DNA of 64,000 bases from Bdellovibrionota bacterium (GTDB lineage: Bacteria > Bdellovibrionota_C > UBA2361 > JAAYZI01): NCBI GenBank assembly GCA_050950765.1, contig JBMNIF010000001.1, positions 160,001 through 224,000 of the forward strand, written 5' to 3'. Within the stretch, counting starts at the first letter, position 1; each line of letters opens with the position of its first letter. The notes under the pieces were generated by a model. It did no database searches and was not told the origin of the DNA. It saw only the letters and a list, made by a program, of their open reading frames with translations. Both the position numbers and the translations under genes were made by a program. Below are positions 10,198 to 19,888 of the stretch, in pieces.

Positions 10198-10761
10198 ATG
10201 GGAAAACTAATAAACATATCAATATTTACAGTAATGATTTTTTCATTATCGGCGTGTTCTGTTCTTGATAAATTTTATAAAGAAGATTCAAAAGAAGAAG
10301 AAGTTGAAACTCCAACTTGCTTTATGCATAAAGTGAAATATCCTGGTGAAACATTAGCGGCGATCTCGCAGTGGTATACAGGGGATGCTAAAAAATGGAC
10401 TGAGATCCTTAAAGCTAATGAAGGACTTTCAGAGCGGCGCATCGCTATTGGCGCTGATATCTGCATTCCGTATGGGATGGTGATAAAACAAGATCCTCTT
10501 CCAAAGCCGAAAGTGCGTCCTGCTAGAAGTGCTGGAGTAAAACGAGAGATTATCAAAGAAGAGATTATAGAAGATGATGTTGTTGATATTGTTGACTCAA
10601 GGAATGAGGGTGTAGTACACGAAGAGGAAGAGGAGGAGTTAATCCCACAACCGTTTCAAGATAGTGTGGAAACAACGGTTGATGATAATAGTAGTGCAGA
10701 AGATGATCTGAAAAAAACGAGGGAAGAGCTTCTGCGTGAGATATTACAGGATGAATATTAA
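10198..10761 (+). CDS. LysM-domain lipoprotein with acidic tail
   Basis: Lipobox LSAC; HKVKYPGETLAAISQWYTGDAKKWTEILKAN is LysM-like. Start moved to ATG 10198. Confidence 0.8.
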   Translation: MGKLINISIFTVMIFSLSACSVLDKFYKEDSKEEEVETPTCFMHKVKYPGETLAAISQWYTGDAKKWTEILKANEGLSERRIAIGADICIPYGMVIKQDPLPKPKVRPARSAGVKREIIKEEIIEDDVVDIVDSRNEGVVHEEEEEELIPQPFQDSVETTVDDNSSAEDDLKKTREELLREILQDEY

Positions 10762-11605
10762 AGCGATGCGGTATTTCGGATGTCATGTTTCTGCTGCAGG
10801 TGGTTTAGTTAATGCGGTCTATAATGGGGAGGCGTTAGGTGTTAATTCTATTCAGATCCATCCGACGCCTCCGCAACGTTGGAATCGGCAGCCATTTGCC
10901 GCAGATGTTGAAAAAGAGTTCTTGATAAAGTTGCCGACCTCTGGCATTCAAAAAGTTTTCTTTCACGGTATTTATTTAATAAATTTAGCATCTCCTGATA
11001 AAGAAAAAGTTAAGCAGGGCGTTCAATCACTGAAATTTTATTTAGATTTAATGGAGCGTATAGATGGGGCGGGAGTGATCTTTCATGTAGGAAGTAATAA
11101 AGATCAGGAGCTTGAGAGTGTCGGTCTTGAGCAAGCAACTGCTGCGATAAACAGAGTCTTTCGAGAGTTGCCAGGTAAAAGTTTATTGTTACTTGAAGTA
11201 TCTGCTGGAAGTGGAAAGGTGATTGGTGCCCGTATGGAGGATCTTAGAGAGATCTATGATGGGATTGAGAATAAAGATAGGGTTGGTTTTGCCCTTGATA
11301 CTCAACATATGTGGGCTAGTGGTTATGATATTAAGGATGATTGTGCTGGAGTAGTTTCTGAAATTGATGCTGTGTTTGGTGCAGATCGTGTCCATATTAT
11401 TCACCTTAATGATAGTAAAAGCGATCTTGGAAGTAGGATTGATCGTCATGAGAATCTCGGACAGGGCAAGATCGGACTAGATGCTTTAAGGGAGTTTATT
11501 AATAATCCGAAGCTAAAACATATTCCGGTTATTTTAGAAACTCCTGCCATGAAAGACCTTGAAAGCGCTAAAGCGGAAGTGCAGGTGTTGCGCGAAATAA
11601 TTTAA
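10751..11605 (+). CDS. nfo: Endonuclease IV (AP endonuclease 2); start could be 10751 or 10766
   Basis: GCHVSAAGG, HGIYLINL, LDTQHMWASG, HLNDSK...DRHENLG, LETP. Confidence 0.95.
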   Translation: MNIKAMRYFGCHVSAAGGLVNAVYNGEALGVNSIQIHPTPPQRWNRQPFAADVEKEFLIKLPTSGIQKVFFHGIYLINLASPDKEKVKQGVQSLKFYLDLMERIDGAGVIFHVGSNKDQELESVGLEQATAAINRVFRELPGKSLLLLEVSAGSGKVIGARMEDLREIYDGIENKDRVGFALDTQHMWASGYDIKDDCAGVVSEIDAVFGADRVHIIHLNDSKSDLGSRIDRHENLGQGKIGLDALREFINNPKLKHIPVILETPAMKDLESAKAEVQVLREII

Positions 11606-11623
11606 CTAAAAGTTGGAGATCTA

Positions 11624-11710
11624 GCGTCACCTTTCAGTGACACTTGAACGGGCTGAAACTTGCAGAGCGAATCAACTAGATTTTTACGGAGGTAAAAAGT
11701 GCCACCCTTT
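11624..11710. repeat. Repeat array 1: one module A between degenerate cores (GGTGCCACCC orientation)
   Basis: ...TCAGTGACACTTGAACGGGCTG...TTTTTACGGAGGTAAAAAGTGCCACCC, closely matching 17283-17368. Confidence 0.85.
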
Positions 11711-11780
11711 AGCAGGGGTCTCCCTATTTTTATATAAAAATTAGGTATTAGATGGTTTTGGAGGGCTCTTCCTATTTTTT

Positions 11781-11993
11781 GATGAAACTAAACGCAAAAT
11801 AATTATTTCTTTATTTGGATTATTTAATAAGGAGATAAAATCGAGCGATGAAATAACAAAAGAGAATAAAATTCATATAGATACTTTTTATCAATATAGA
11901 AAAGAAATTTTGAATATTTTTAGTCAAGTATTTAACGTGAACTTTTCAAACGAAACGGTAAAAATGTTAAGACAGAAACAAAAAAATAAATAA
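11781..11993 (+). pseudogene. C-terminal remnant of a sigma70 region-4-like paralog, with no start codon at its 5' end
   Basis: Open frame DETKRKIIISLFGLFNKEIKSSDEITKENKIHIDTFYQYRKEILNIF... resembles the region-4-like repeats of the next gene. In-frame stop at 11742. Confidence 0.55.
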
Positions 11994-12186
11994 AAAAACA
12001 CGCTACAAAATCAATATATTATCCCACCCCCTTAACTAGCCTTAGGGTTTAAGCTTAAAATTCACGACTAAAATCTACAGCCTACAAGCTAATCTTTAAA
12101 AATAGATTTCTATAAAAAGCATTTAACGAGTATAATATTATATTTAAATGTAATTAAAACTAGCGATTGATTTAAAAGATAAATAA

Positions 12187-14055
12187 ATGCAAGTAGTAGG
12201 ACAACCGAGAGAACAACGACAGGTAAAAAAACGACAAGCAGAACAGAAAAACACTAAGCAAGGGGGAAATGAAGCTTCTTCTGTTCTTAGCGACTATTCG
12301 TTTTATCCTACCGATAATAGCCCTTGGGTCGATAATAGCCCTTCGATTGAATATTTTTATGCAACCCATGTTTTCCCATCTAACGACGAAACCACTGAAG
12401 CTATAAATGCTTTTCAAGAACAAGCTTATGAATTCAAAAAACAGTTTTTAAACAGCAAAGAGGTAATGTCTTATATCATATCACTAGTTAAAAAATATTT
12501 AACATTAAAAAGAAGTGAGCGTGACACACAATTTTTTTACGACAAAACGTTAAAAAGTTTTAAAAAACTATTACACGAAATCATACCTCCTTATTTTAAA
12601 ACATCTAATTCTTTTAATGATGATGATATAAAGATTTTAATAAAACATGCTACTAATAATTTTTATGCTTATATTATATCTAAGATACGAAAAGATATAA
12701 AACAAAAAGATATAGACGATTCAAATGAAACTAAATTAAAAACAGAAAAAGTAAAACTCTTAGAAAATATTATTAGTAGCTATCACAATTTAACTGAAAA
12801 AAGAAATTATATAGTAGATGCATATAGACAACTTATTAATTACGTCATTAATAAAGATTTTTATTATGAAGATAGAAATGCTACTCAATTCGCTGGGCTT
12901 TTAGGGCTTATTGAAGCCATCGACACTTATGATTCAAAAAAAGAAATCCCTTTTAAAAATTATGCTATAATTATGATTAAATTTTCTATCCAAAAGAATC
13001 TCAGAAGAACAAGAAGAGGAATAGTGGACCTATCTTTTGCAGATTTAGCAGGCGATGGCGATGATTCGGACTACCATGGTCAAGTCGCAGACCCTCGAGA
13101 CCCTTACTCTCAAAAAAACGTAGAAACCGCCCATAAATTATTAGGATATACTTACGGGAAAGCAAAATATATTATACAAATTTCGTGCGGATTTTACGCA
13201 AAAAACGAATATGAATATTATACGTCGCTTGGTGTTATGTCGTATCAACGTGCACACCAAATATATCAAATAACCATCGAAAAATTAAAATTTATATCAG
13301 AAGCCATAAACTATTCTCTTACGCAAGATGAAATCAAGGATATAAAAAATGAAATCAAAGAAAAACTACCAACGATACCAAACAATTATCGCCAAACCAT
13401 ATCGAAACACCTTGGTTTAGATGGAAATAGAGAATATTCAAGAGCTGAGCTATGTGAAGATTTCAATTGCGGAATTGAAACGACAGATACTTATATTTTT
13501 AATGCACTTAAAGGAACTTTTTCTAAAGACCCTAAAATGTTTAATAAAGCATTAAAATTTTCATTAACTATTGAAGATGAATTTATAAAAGAAAATATAT
13601 ATCCTTTGCCACATAATTTATACTCTATTTTAACAGAAGAAGAATCTAGGTTTTTAAAATGTAGATATGATTGGAAAAAAGGAATCTTTAAAGACCTAAA
13701 TCAAGTCGCAAATGATTTAAATACAGATATAACAGAACTTATCGAAATTGAAAGACGAGTTATAGAAAAATTAAAACAATATGAACCAGAAACATTCCCT
13801 AAAATTGGCGCAATATTTAAGGCTAATATTGAAAGCGGAAATATTCAAAGCTCTTTCGATAAAAACTCTCTTTTTATGTTATCTTCACTGCAATTTGAAA
13901 TTATAAATTTAAGGCACGGAATTACTACTTCGGAAAAGTTATCAAAAGAAGATATTATTGAAAAGCTATCTATCGACGCTCAAACGTACGACAAAGAATA
14001 TAAAAATGCGGTTTCTATCTTAAGAGAATTTAGACTAAATACAAACGAGAGTTAA
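12187..14055 (+). CDS. Divergent sigma70 (RpoD-like) family protein with four tandem region-4-like HTH domains
   Basis: Region 2-like AGLLGLIEAIDTYDSKKEIPFKNYAIIMIKFSI; region 3.2-like LSFADLAGDGDDSD; four repeats with region-4 spacing. Confidence 0.7.
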   Translation: MQVVGQPREQRQVKKRQAEQKNTKQGGNEASSVLSDYSFYPTDNSPWVDNSPSIEYFYATHVFPSNDETTEAINAFQEQAYEFKKQFLNSKEVMSYIISLVKKYLTLKRSERDTQFFYDKTLKSFKKLLHEIIPPYFKTSNSFNDDDIKILIKHATNNFYAYIISKIRKDIKQKDIDDSNETKLKTEKVKLLENIISSYHNLTEKRNYIVDAYRQLINYVINKDFYYEDRNATQFAGLLGLIEAIDTYDSKKEIPFKNYAIIMIKFSIQKNLRRTRRGIVDLSFADLAGDGDDSDYHGQVADPRDPYSQKNVETAHKLLGYTYGKAKYIIQISCGFYAKNEYEYYTSLGVMSYQRAHQIYQITIEKLKFISEAINYSLTQDEIKDIKNEIKEKLPTIPNNYRQTISKHLGLDGNREYSRAELCEDFNCGIETTDTYIFNALKGTFSKDPKMFNKALKFSLTIEDEFIKENIYPLPHNLYSILTEEESRFLKCRYDWKKGIFKDLNQVANDLNTDITELIEIERRVIEKLKQYEPETFPKIGAIFKANIESGNIQSSFDKNSLFMLSSLQFEIINLRHGITTSEKLSKEDIIEKLSIDAQTYDKEYKNAVSILREFRLNTNES

Positions 14056-14891
14056 CGAATTAACTTAACCACTTTCATAAAAAAATGATTAAACTAAAAA
14101 AATAAAGAAAAATGATACGTAGTAAAAAAGGCAAAATAGAACAACATGATGATTTTATCGAATGCTCATTTCCTCCCTCTTGCACAGCTATTAGAGGCGA
14201 TAATCTAAGCCCTGATAATAAGAAAACTATAGAAGCTATACGTTTATATAAGCAAGAAATGGAAAACTTTAAAGAAAAGTTTTTTAATAATGAAGAAGTT
14301 ACCCCTTATATCATCTCTCTAATTAGGGAGTATACATCTTTTAAAAAGTACAATATTTCAGATAATTTTACTAACCTTAGCGGACAAGATATTAAAGAAC
14401 TACAAGAGGTACTAGAAAGAATTTCTGATCCATCTTTTAAAACGTCACCTCTCTTAGAAAGTAGTGATATAAAAATACTAAGGCATAATGCAAAAGAATT
14501 TTTTTATTCAAATATTATGGGTAGAATAAAAAAAACTTTTGAAAATTTAAATAAAACTAATACGGAAAAAGAAAAATTAGAAGCACTATCTAGCATTCTT
14601 AATAGCTACAATCTTATAGCACAAATAAGAAACGATATAATAAAACCATACGAACGGATTATTAAAAATATAATCTTAAGACATATCATAAAACATGAGA
14701 TAAGCAGAAGCTGCGAAGACCTTTACTCTAGTGTTTTTTTAAAAGTTGTAGAAATAATTAGTGGTTATGACCACGAAAAAAACACATCTTTTTCAACTTA
14801 TCTTTGTGCTGGTTCAGCGTGAAATGGACATTTGAGGTGCTGAAAAAAGCTACTATAATAGCCTGAGTGATATTAACTAATGGGGTGAATA

Positions 14892-15197
14892 ATGGGAAAA
14901 CATTTTAGTGCAGAAGATAAGGTTAAGATATTGAAGGAGCATTTATTAGGAAATAAGCCGTTATCGAGTTTATGCGATAAATACGGCGTACACATTAGTA
15001 CATTTTATGAATGGCAGAAGCTATTATTTGAGGGAGCTATCCAAATTTTTGAGCGGAATAAAAATGGTAGGAAAGAAGAAAAGAAGCAAGCTGAACGGAT
15101 AGATATTTTGGAGAAGAAGCTAACGAAGAAGGATTCTGCGCTAGCGGAGCTTTTGGGGCTTCATATAGATTTAAAAAAAAAGCTTGGGGAGCTTTAA
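14892..15197 (+). CDS. IS3 transposase OrfA (HTH)
   Basis: HTH_Tnp_1-like FSAEDKVKIL...LCDKYGVHISTFYEW; A9G slippery site at 15173-15182. Confidence 0.92.
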   Translation: MGKHFSAEDKVKILKEHLLGNKPLSSLCDKYGVHISTFYEWQKLLFEGAIQIFERNKNGRKEEKKQAERIDILEKKLTKKDSALAELLGLHIDLKKKLGEL

Positions 15198-15232
15198 CGA
15201 AGCGTTGGGTTGAGCCACAAATACGAGATGAG

Positions 15233-16195
15233 GTGATAGATTTTGTACATGAATGGCAAGAGAAATCAGAAATGAAGCGGGAGATGTTTATAAAGAGGTT
15301 AGGGATAACACGGAGCAAGTACTATGCTTGGGAAAAACATTACGGTAAAGAGAACTTTCATAACGGGCTAATTCCGAGAGATTACTGGCTATTACCCAGT
15401 GAAAGGGAGGCTATTATTAAGTATTATTTAGAGCACTCAAGAGTAGGTTATCGAGCATTAACATACATGATGCTTGACGCAGATGTTGTGGCAGTATCCC
15501 CTGCGACGACCTATAGAGTATTGAAAAGTGCTGGCTTAATGCGTTGCTGGAATGGTTTAAAAAGCAAGAAAGGGACAGGATTTGAACAACCACTTAACCC
15601 GCATGAACATTGGCATACGGATGTTTCATATATCAATATTTGTGGCACATTTTACTATTTTATTGGAGTTTTGGATGGATGTAGTCGGTATTTAGTTGCA
15701 TGGGACATTAGAGAATCGATGAAAGAAATAGATATTGAAGTAGTATTACAAAAGGCTAGAGAAAGTTTTCCAGACGCAAGACCGCGAATTATTTCAGATA
15801 ACGGTTCAGCCTATATTTCAAAAGAGTTTAAGAATTTTATAAAGATATCTGGTATGACTCACGTCAAGACATCACCGTTCTATCCACAATCGAACGGTAA
15901 GATGGAGAGATTTAATGGGACATTAAAAGTAGAAGCGATACGACCTAACACTCCAGTATCACTTGATGATGCGAAAACTATAGTGAGTAAGTTTGTCGAA
16001 GAATATAACAATCAGCGGTTACATTGTGCGCTAGGTTATATAACACCAAATGATAGATTGAATAACAAGCAAGAGGAGATATTTAGAGCTCGAGACAGCA
16101 AATTGGAAGCTGCTAGAGCACATCGCAAGTTAGTAAGAGAGGGGTACCCCTCTCTTACTAACTACAACATTGAACAACAAGCTCAGGTGTGTTAA
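15233..16195 (+). CDS. IS3 transposase OrfB (rve/DDE), in -1 frame to OrfA and probably expressed as an OrfAB fusion
   Basis: WHTDVSY, SDNGSAY, PQSNGKMERFNGTLK. Confidence 0.95.
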   Translation: MIDFVHEWQEKSEMKREMFIKRLGITRSKYYAWEKHYGKENFHNGLIPRDYWLLPSEREAIIKYYLEHSRVGYRALTYMMLDADVVAVSPATTYRVLKSAGLMRCWNGLKSKKGTGFEQPLNPHEHWHTDVSYINICGTFYYFIGVLDGCSRYLVAWDIRESMKEIDIEVVLQKARESFPDARPRIISDNGSAYISKEFKNFIKISGMTHVKTSPFYPQSNGKMERFNGTLKVEAIRPNTPVSLDDAKTIVSKFVEEYNNQRLHCALGYITPNDRLNNKQEEIFRARDSKLEAARAHRKLVREGYPSLTNYNIEQQAQVC

Positions 16196-17232
16196 CTAGG
16201 GTTTTGTGGCATGACAAAAGTCCATTTCCATCAGAGGCAGAACATCTTTATGAGAGAATGCCTGGCGTTCTTATAGACATATATAGGGATGAAAATAAAG
16301 GAATACGAAGTTTAGGTGATGACGAAAAAAGCGTATTTTCTCCTACTCCTTTTTCGCAACTAGGTGATACGCAAATAGGTGGTAATACAGATAATGACAG
16401 CCGAGTAAATTATGACGGTAAAATTGAAGACAAACATGACCATACAGCCGATAATACGGCAAATCTTGCCTATAATTTTTTAAATTATACTTACGGAAAA
16501 GAAAGATATATTATAAAAAGTTCTTTCGGATTTTATGTAGAAGATAAATATCAATATCTTGTAGGTGATTTAGAACCTAGTGCACATTTTTATAGACAAA
16601 AAGTTTTAGGGAAATTACAACTTATATCTGTAGCCGTAGACTATTTTATCACACAAGATGAAAACAAGGATATAAAAAATGAAATTAAAAATGGGTTATC
16701 ACGCTTAGACAAACGTGTTGCTATATCTGTATCAAAACTTATCCCTAAACTTATCTCAAAACATTTTGGATTAGATGGAGATGAAGAGCAATCTAGGTTT
16801 GAACTGTGCGATATTTACGACTTAAAAATTGAGTCTATAGATAGTTATATTTTAAAATCACTCGAAATAATCTTTGAAAAAGACCCTAAAATGTTTAATA
16901 AAGCATTAAAATTTTCATTAACTATTGAAGATGAATTTATAAAAGAAAATATATATCCTTTGCCACATAATTTATACTCTATTTTAACAGAAGAAGAATC
17001 TAGGTTTTTAAAATGTAGATATGATTGGAAAAAAGGAATCTTTAAAGACCTAAACCAAGTCGCAAATGATTTAAATACAGATATAACAGAACTTATCGAA
17101 ATTGAAAGAAGAGTTATAGAAAAATTAGAAAAATATGAGCCAGAAATATTCCCTAAGCTTTGCGCAATGTTTGAAGCAAATATTGAAAGCGGAAATATAA
17201 GAGGAGAGGAGCTGTATGCTCTAGCTGTATGA

Positions 17233-17447
17233 TCTGGTGCCACCCATTAGATTTGGCTAGATCTGCAGATTTTGCTGGCTTTGGTGCCACCCTTCACAGT
17301 GACACTTGAATGGGCTGCGATCGCAGAGCGAATCGGCTTGATTTTTACGGAGGTAAAAAGTGCCACCCTTTAGGGACGGCTGAACGGGCTGATACTGAAA
17401 AGCGAATCAGCTAGATTTTTACGAAGGTAAAAAGTGCCACCCTTCAG
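17233..17447. repeat. Repeat array 2 (4 cores, GGTGCCACCC orientation)
   Basis: Cores at 17236 and 17283, plus AGTGCCACCC variants at 17359 and 17433; two module A units. Confidence 0.92.
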
Positions 17448-17682
17448 CAGGACGGGATTAGCTGAATTTTGATCCTTACATAACGCTACTAACACAATTC
17501 TTGACTTCTAGCTGTACACAAAATTTATCGCGGTCTCTAAAGATGCAGTCATGTATACTATAATTTTACAGAAATTTAGGTTGTAAAGAAAAATTTTTTT
17601 ATAACCGATAGTAATCTGAAATATTTAGAAAGTTTCACAAAAATTTCTACAAGATAGTAATAAGTTTTAATAAGATATTAGA

Positions 17683-18366
17683 ATGATAAATACATTTAGA
17701 AAGTTCTGGCCTGTAATACTAGCTTCTTTTATGCCATTAATTTTACTGTACTGCTGTTGGCTAATTTCTCCTTATTTTTTAGAGGGTAAGTTTACTTCAA
17801 CAAAACTCCTTGCCCTACTTATATTGGCATTTTTAATAATACTAATAGAGTCTCTTTCATTTCCTTTAGCAATCTTAAGCATAAAAAAAGAAAAAAATTA
17901 CGTCATTATTAGAAAAAGCTTCTCATTTTGGAGGGATTCTTTCCTTATCTCTGCGACGGCTGGCGTGGTTTGGACTATTATAGCAGTTATAATAATCTAT
18001 GTTTTTAATTTGGATTTAACAAGAATAGAAGTAGAAATGAAACTAAGAATGGGACCTTTCTTTAACTTTATAAATATTTTTACTACATGTAGTATAATAT
18101 ATTTCATCAGCAAACTTGCAAATCGCACTTTTGGATTTCGTATTGAAAAATGGGGAGCAGTTAGACTATTACTATACTTCTTAATCTTTAGTTTAATAAT
18201 ACTTTATTTGAAACATATAATTATAATATCGCATGGGTGGTCAATGCCTTTCGTGGTATTACTAAATGTATTTGAAGATTGTATACTTTTAACCATTATG
18301 CAATTAGCTTTAGCGTATGAAGGATTTAAATCTATAAAAAATGTTACTGAAAAAACCAAAGTTTAG
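17683..18366 (+). CDS. Hypothetical polytopic membrane protein
   Basis: 227-aa ORF with about six hydrophobic segments; no motif recognised. Confidence 0.65.
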   Translation: MINTFRKFWPVILASFMPLILLYCCWLISPYFLEGKFTSTKLLALLILAFLIILIESLSFPLAILSIKKEKNYVIIRKSFSFWRDSFLISATAGVVWTIIAVIIIYVFNLDLTRIEVEMKLRMGPFFNFINIFTTCSIIYFISKLANRTFGFRIEKWGAVRLLLYFLIFSLIILYLKHIIIISHGWSMPFVVLLNVFEDCILLTIMQLALAYEGFKSIKNVTEKTKV

Positions 18367-18405
18367 TAAAGAATTCCCAATTTTTGCCACTATACGGTTA
18401 AAATT

Positions 18406-19821
18406 TTAAATTTTAAGCTCTTGGCAGATTTCTTTAATGTATTTAAGCGTGGCACAATCTACCCATTTTTCTGGATTTTTTGCTGAGCGTTTTTTTACAC
18501 ACTTACTTAAAAAATGCATAACTTTTGAAAGAGAATGTCCTTTGCATTTTTGACTTTTATTGATTGGTTTTTTTATTCTTGTAAGCATAATACATGAAAT
18601 ATAATTTATAAATTCGGTTGCCATTAATCTATATGTGCCATGCACATTTTCTTCCGTTCGATTTATTATATTTTTGTATTTATAAAATAATGTCTCTATT
18701 TCCCATCTCTGTTTATATGCTTTATATATATCTCTTAAGTTTCCATCAAAATTACTCTCAAATACTATTAACCCAAAATTATCTTCCTTTTTTTTATAAA
18801 TCTCTTCATCAAATACTCCCTTTTCAATATTTCTACTAACATAACTTTTTTCTTGCTTAGCTTTTATTTCACTACTTTTATATGCATAGTAATATTTATT
18901 GTTATCTACTTTAACTTTATTACACCTTATACTGTCATTTTCGTATTTAAAAGATTCAGTAAATTTTCTATTAAGTTCATATTTAGTTATATCTTTTGAA
19001 TAATTCTTAATAGGTATCAAAAAATTAGTATTAAGTTTTTTTAATTCTTCTTTAATCTCCTTATCATTAAATCCCTTATCCATAATAATAAAACCGTTTT
19101 CAATCGTGTAAGTTTTAAGAAAATCTTTTAATGCCGTAAAATCAAGCATATTGCCAGCATACGGTGCGCAGGCTAAAGGTTCTTCGTTTTTAAGGTCATA
19201 AGCATAAATTAAATTTATATCCTTACAGCCTTTGATTCTTCCTTTCCTTGAGAATTCAGAATATATATTACTGTCTCCAGTGCTACTTTTAAGCATTCCA
19301 TCTATGACAATAGGATTATTAATATATTTACTTATCCTATAACTCATAAACTTCTCTATTAGAGTAGTTGTCTGACCTATCTTTTCTAAAAAAGCACTTA
19401 TGTTATTTCCAGATAAACCAAGCTTAGGAAATATTTCTGATATGTAATCCGTCTTGTATTCTAATAAGATTTCTCCATCTTTTAAATCTTCCTTAACCAC
19501 TCTTAACAAAGCAATGGTAAAGATTTTTTTAGCATCACTAGTATGATAAAATTTACATAAATCATAAAATATATCTTCGCACTCCTTATATATTAGCGCA
19601 GTTAATCCATATGACTTAAATTCAACTTCAAATTTAGGCTTTTCTATTGGAATATATTTACCATCAATTATTTTTCCTATTATCCCTAACTCTACGGGGT
19701 AAGGCTTGCCGTTTTTTCTGACGCTAGTTCTTTTGATAACATTGTATTCGTTTGGTGTTCTAGTTGCCTTTATTCTAGTATTTTTTGGTTTTAATTTTAA
19801 TATTTCCTCTGGTATTGGCAT
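18406..19821 (-). CDS. DDE transposase (IS4 superfamily, IS1634-like); likely start MPIPEE at 19821
   Basis: IVIDG, IMDKGF and YKQRWEIE (Y-2-R-3-E) motifs; RBS AAGGGG upstream of ATG 19821. The ORF-track extension runs into repeat DNA. Confidence 0.85.
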   Translation of the reverse strand: MPIPEEILKLKPKNTRIKATRTPNEYNVIKRTSVRKNGKPYPVELGIIGKIIDGKYIPIEKPKFEVEFKSYGLTALIYKECEDIFYDLCKFYHTSDAKKIFTIALLRVVKEDLKDGEILLEYKTDYISEIFPKLGLSGNNISAFLEKIGQTTTLIEKFMSYRISKYINNPIVIDGMLKSSTGDSNIYSEFSRKGRIKGCKDINLIYAYDLKNEEPLACAPYAGNMLDFTALKDFLKTYTIENGFIIMDKGFNDKEIKEELKKLNTNFLIPIKNYSKDITKYELNRKFTESFKYENDSIRCNKVKVDNNKYYYAYKSSEIKAKQEKSYVSRNIEKGVFDEEIYKKKEDNFGLIVFESNFDGNLRDIYKAYKQRWEIETLFYKYKNIINRTEENVHGTYRLMATEFINYISCIMLTRIKKPINKSQKCKGHSLSKVMHFLSKCVKKRSAKNPEKWVDCATLKYIKEICQELKI

Positions 19822-19888
19822 TTCAAATCCCCTTAAAAAACGAATAATGGCAGATCTGGCTGCAGGGTTTAGTCGGCTTTGTAGCTGG

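Larger units (their letters stand above)
14805..16244 (+). mobile_element. IS3-family insertion sequence, copy 1 (1440 bp)
   Basis: Imperfect IRs TGTGCTGGTTCAGCGTGAAATGGAC / TGTTCTGCCTCTGATGGAAATGGAC; 4-bp target duplication TCTT; orfA/orfB layout. Confidence 0.97.
14112..17232 (+). pseudogene. Second sigma70-like paralog interrupted by IS3 (reconstructed length 558 aa)
   Basis: Removing the IS and one TCTT copy joins 14112-14804 to 16249-17232 in frame, giving YDHEKNTSFSTYL-YERMPGVLIDIYR (sigma region 2.3-2.4-like). Confidence 0.85.

Noticed and set aside
16189..16248. Independent start for the 347-aa ORF at 16189 (and for 28572-29333)
   Set aside because: The N-termini are read from IS3 end sequence; these ORFs are the distal halves of interrupted genes.
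12187..17232. Prophage origin for the AT-rich sigma-like block
   Set aside because: No structural, terminase, integrase or replication genes are recognisable.
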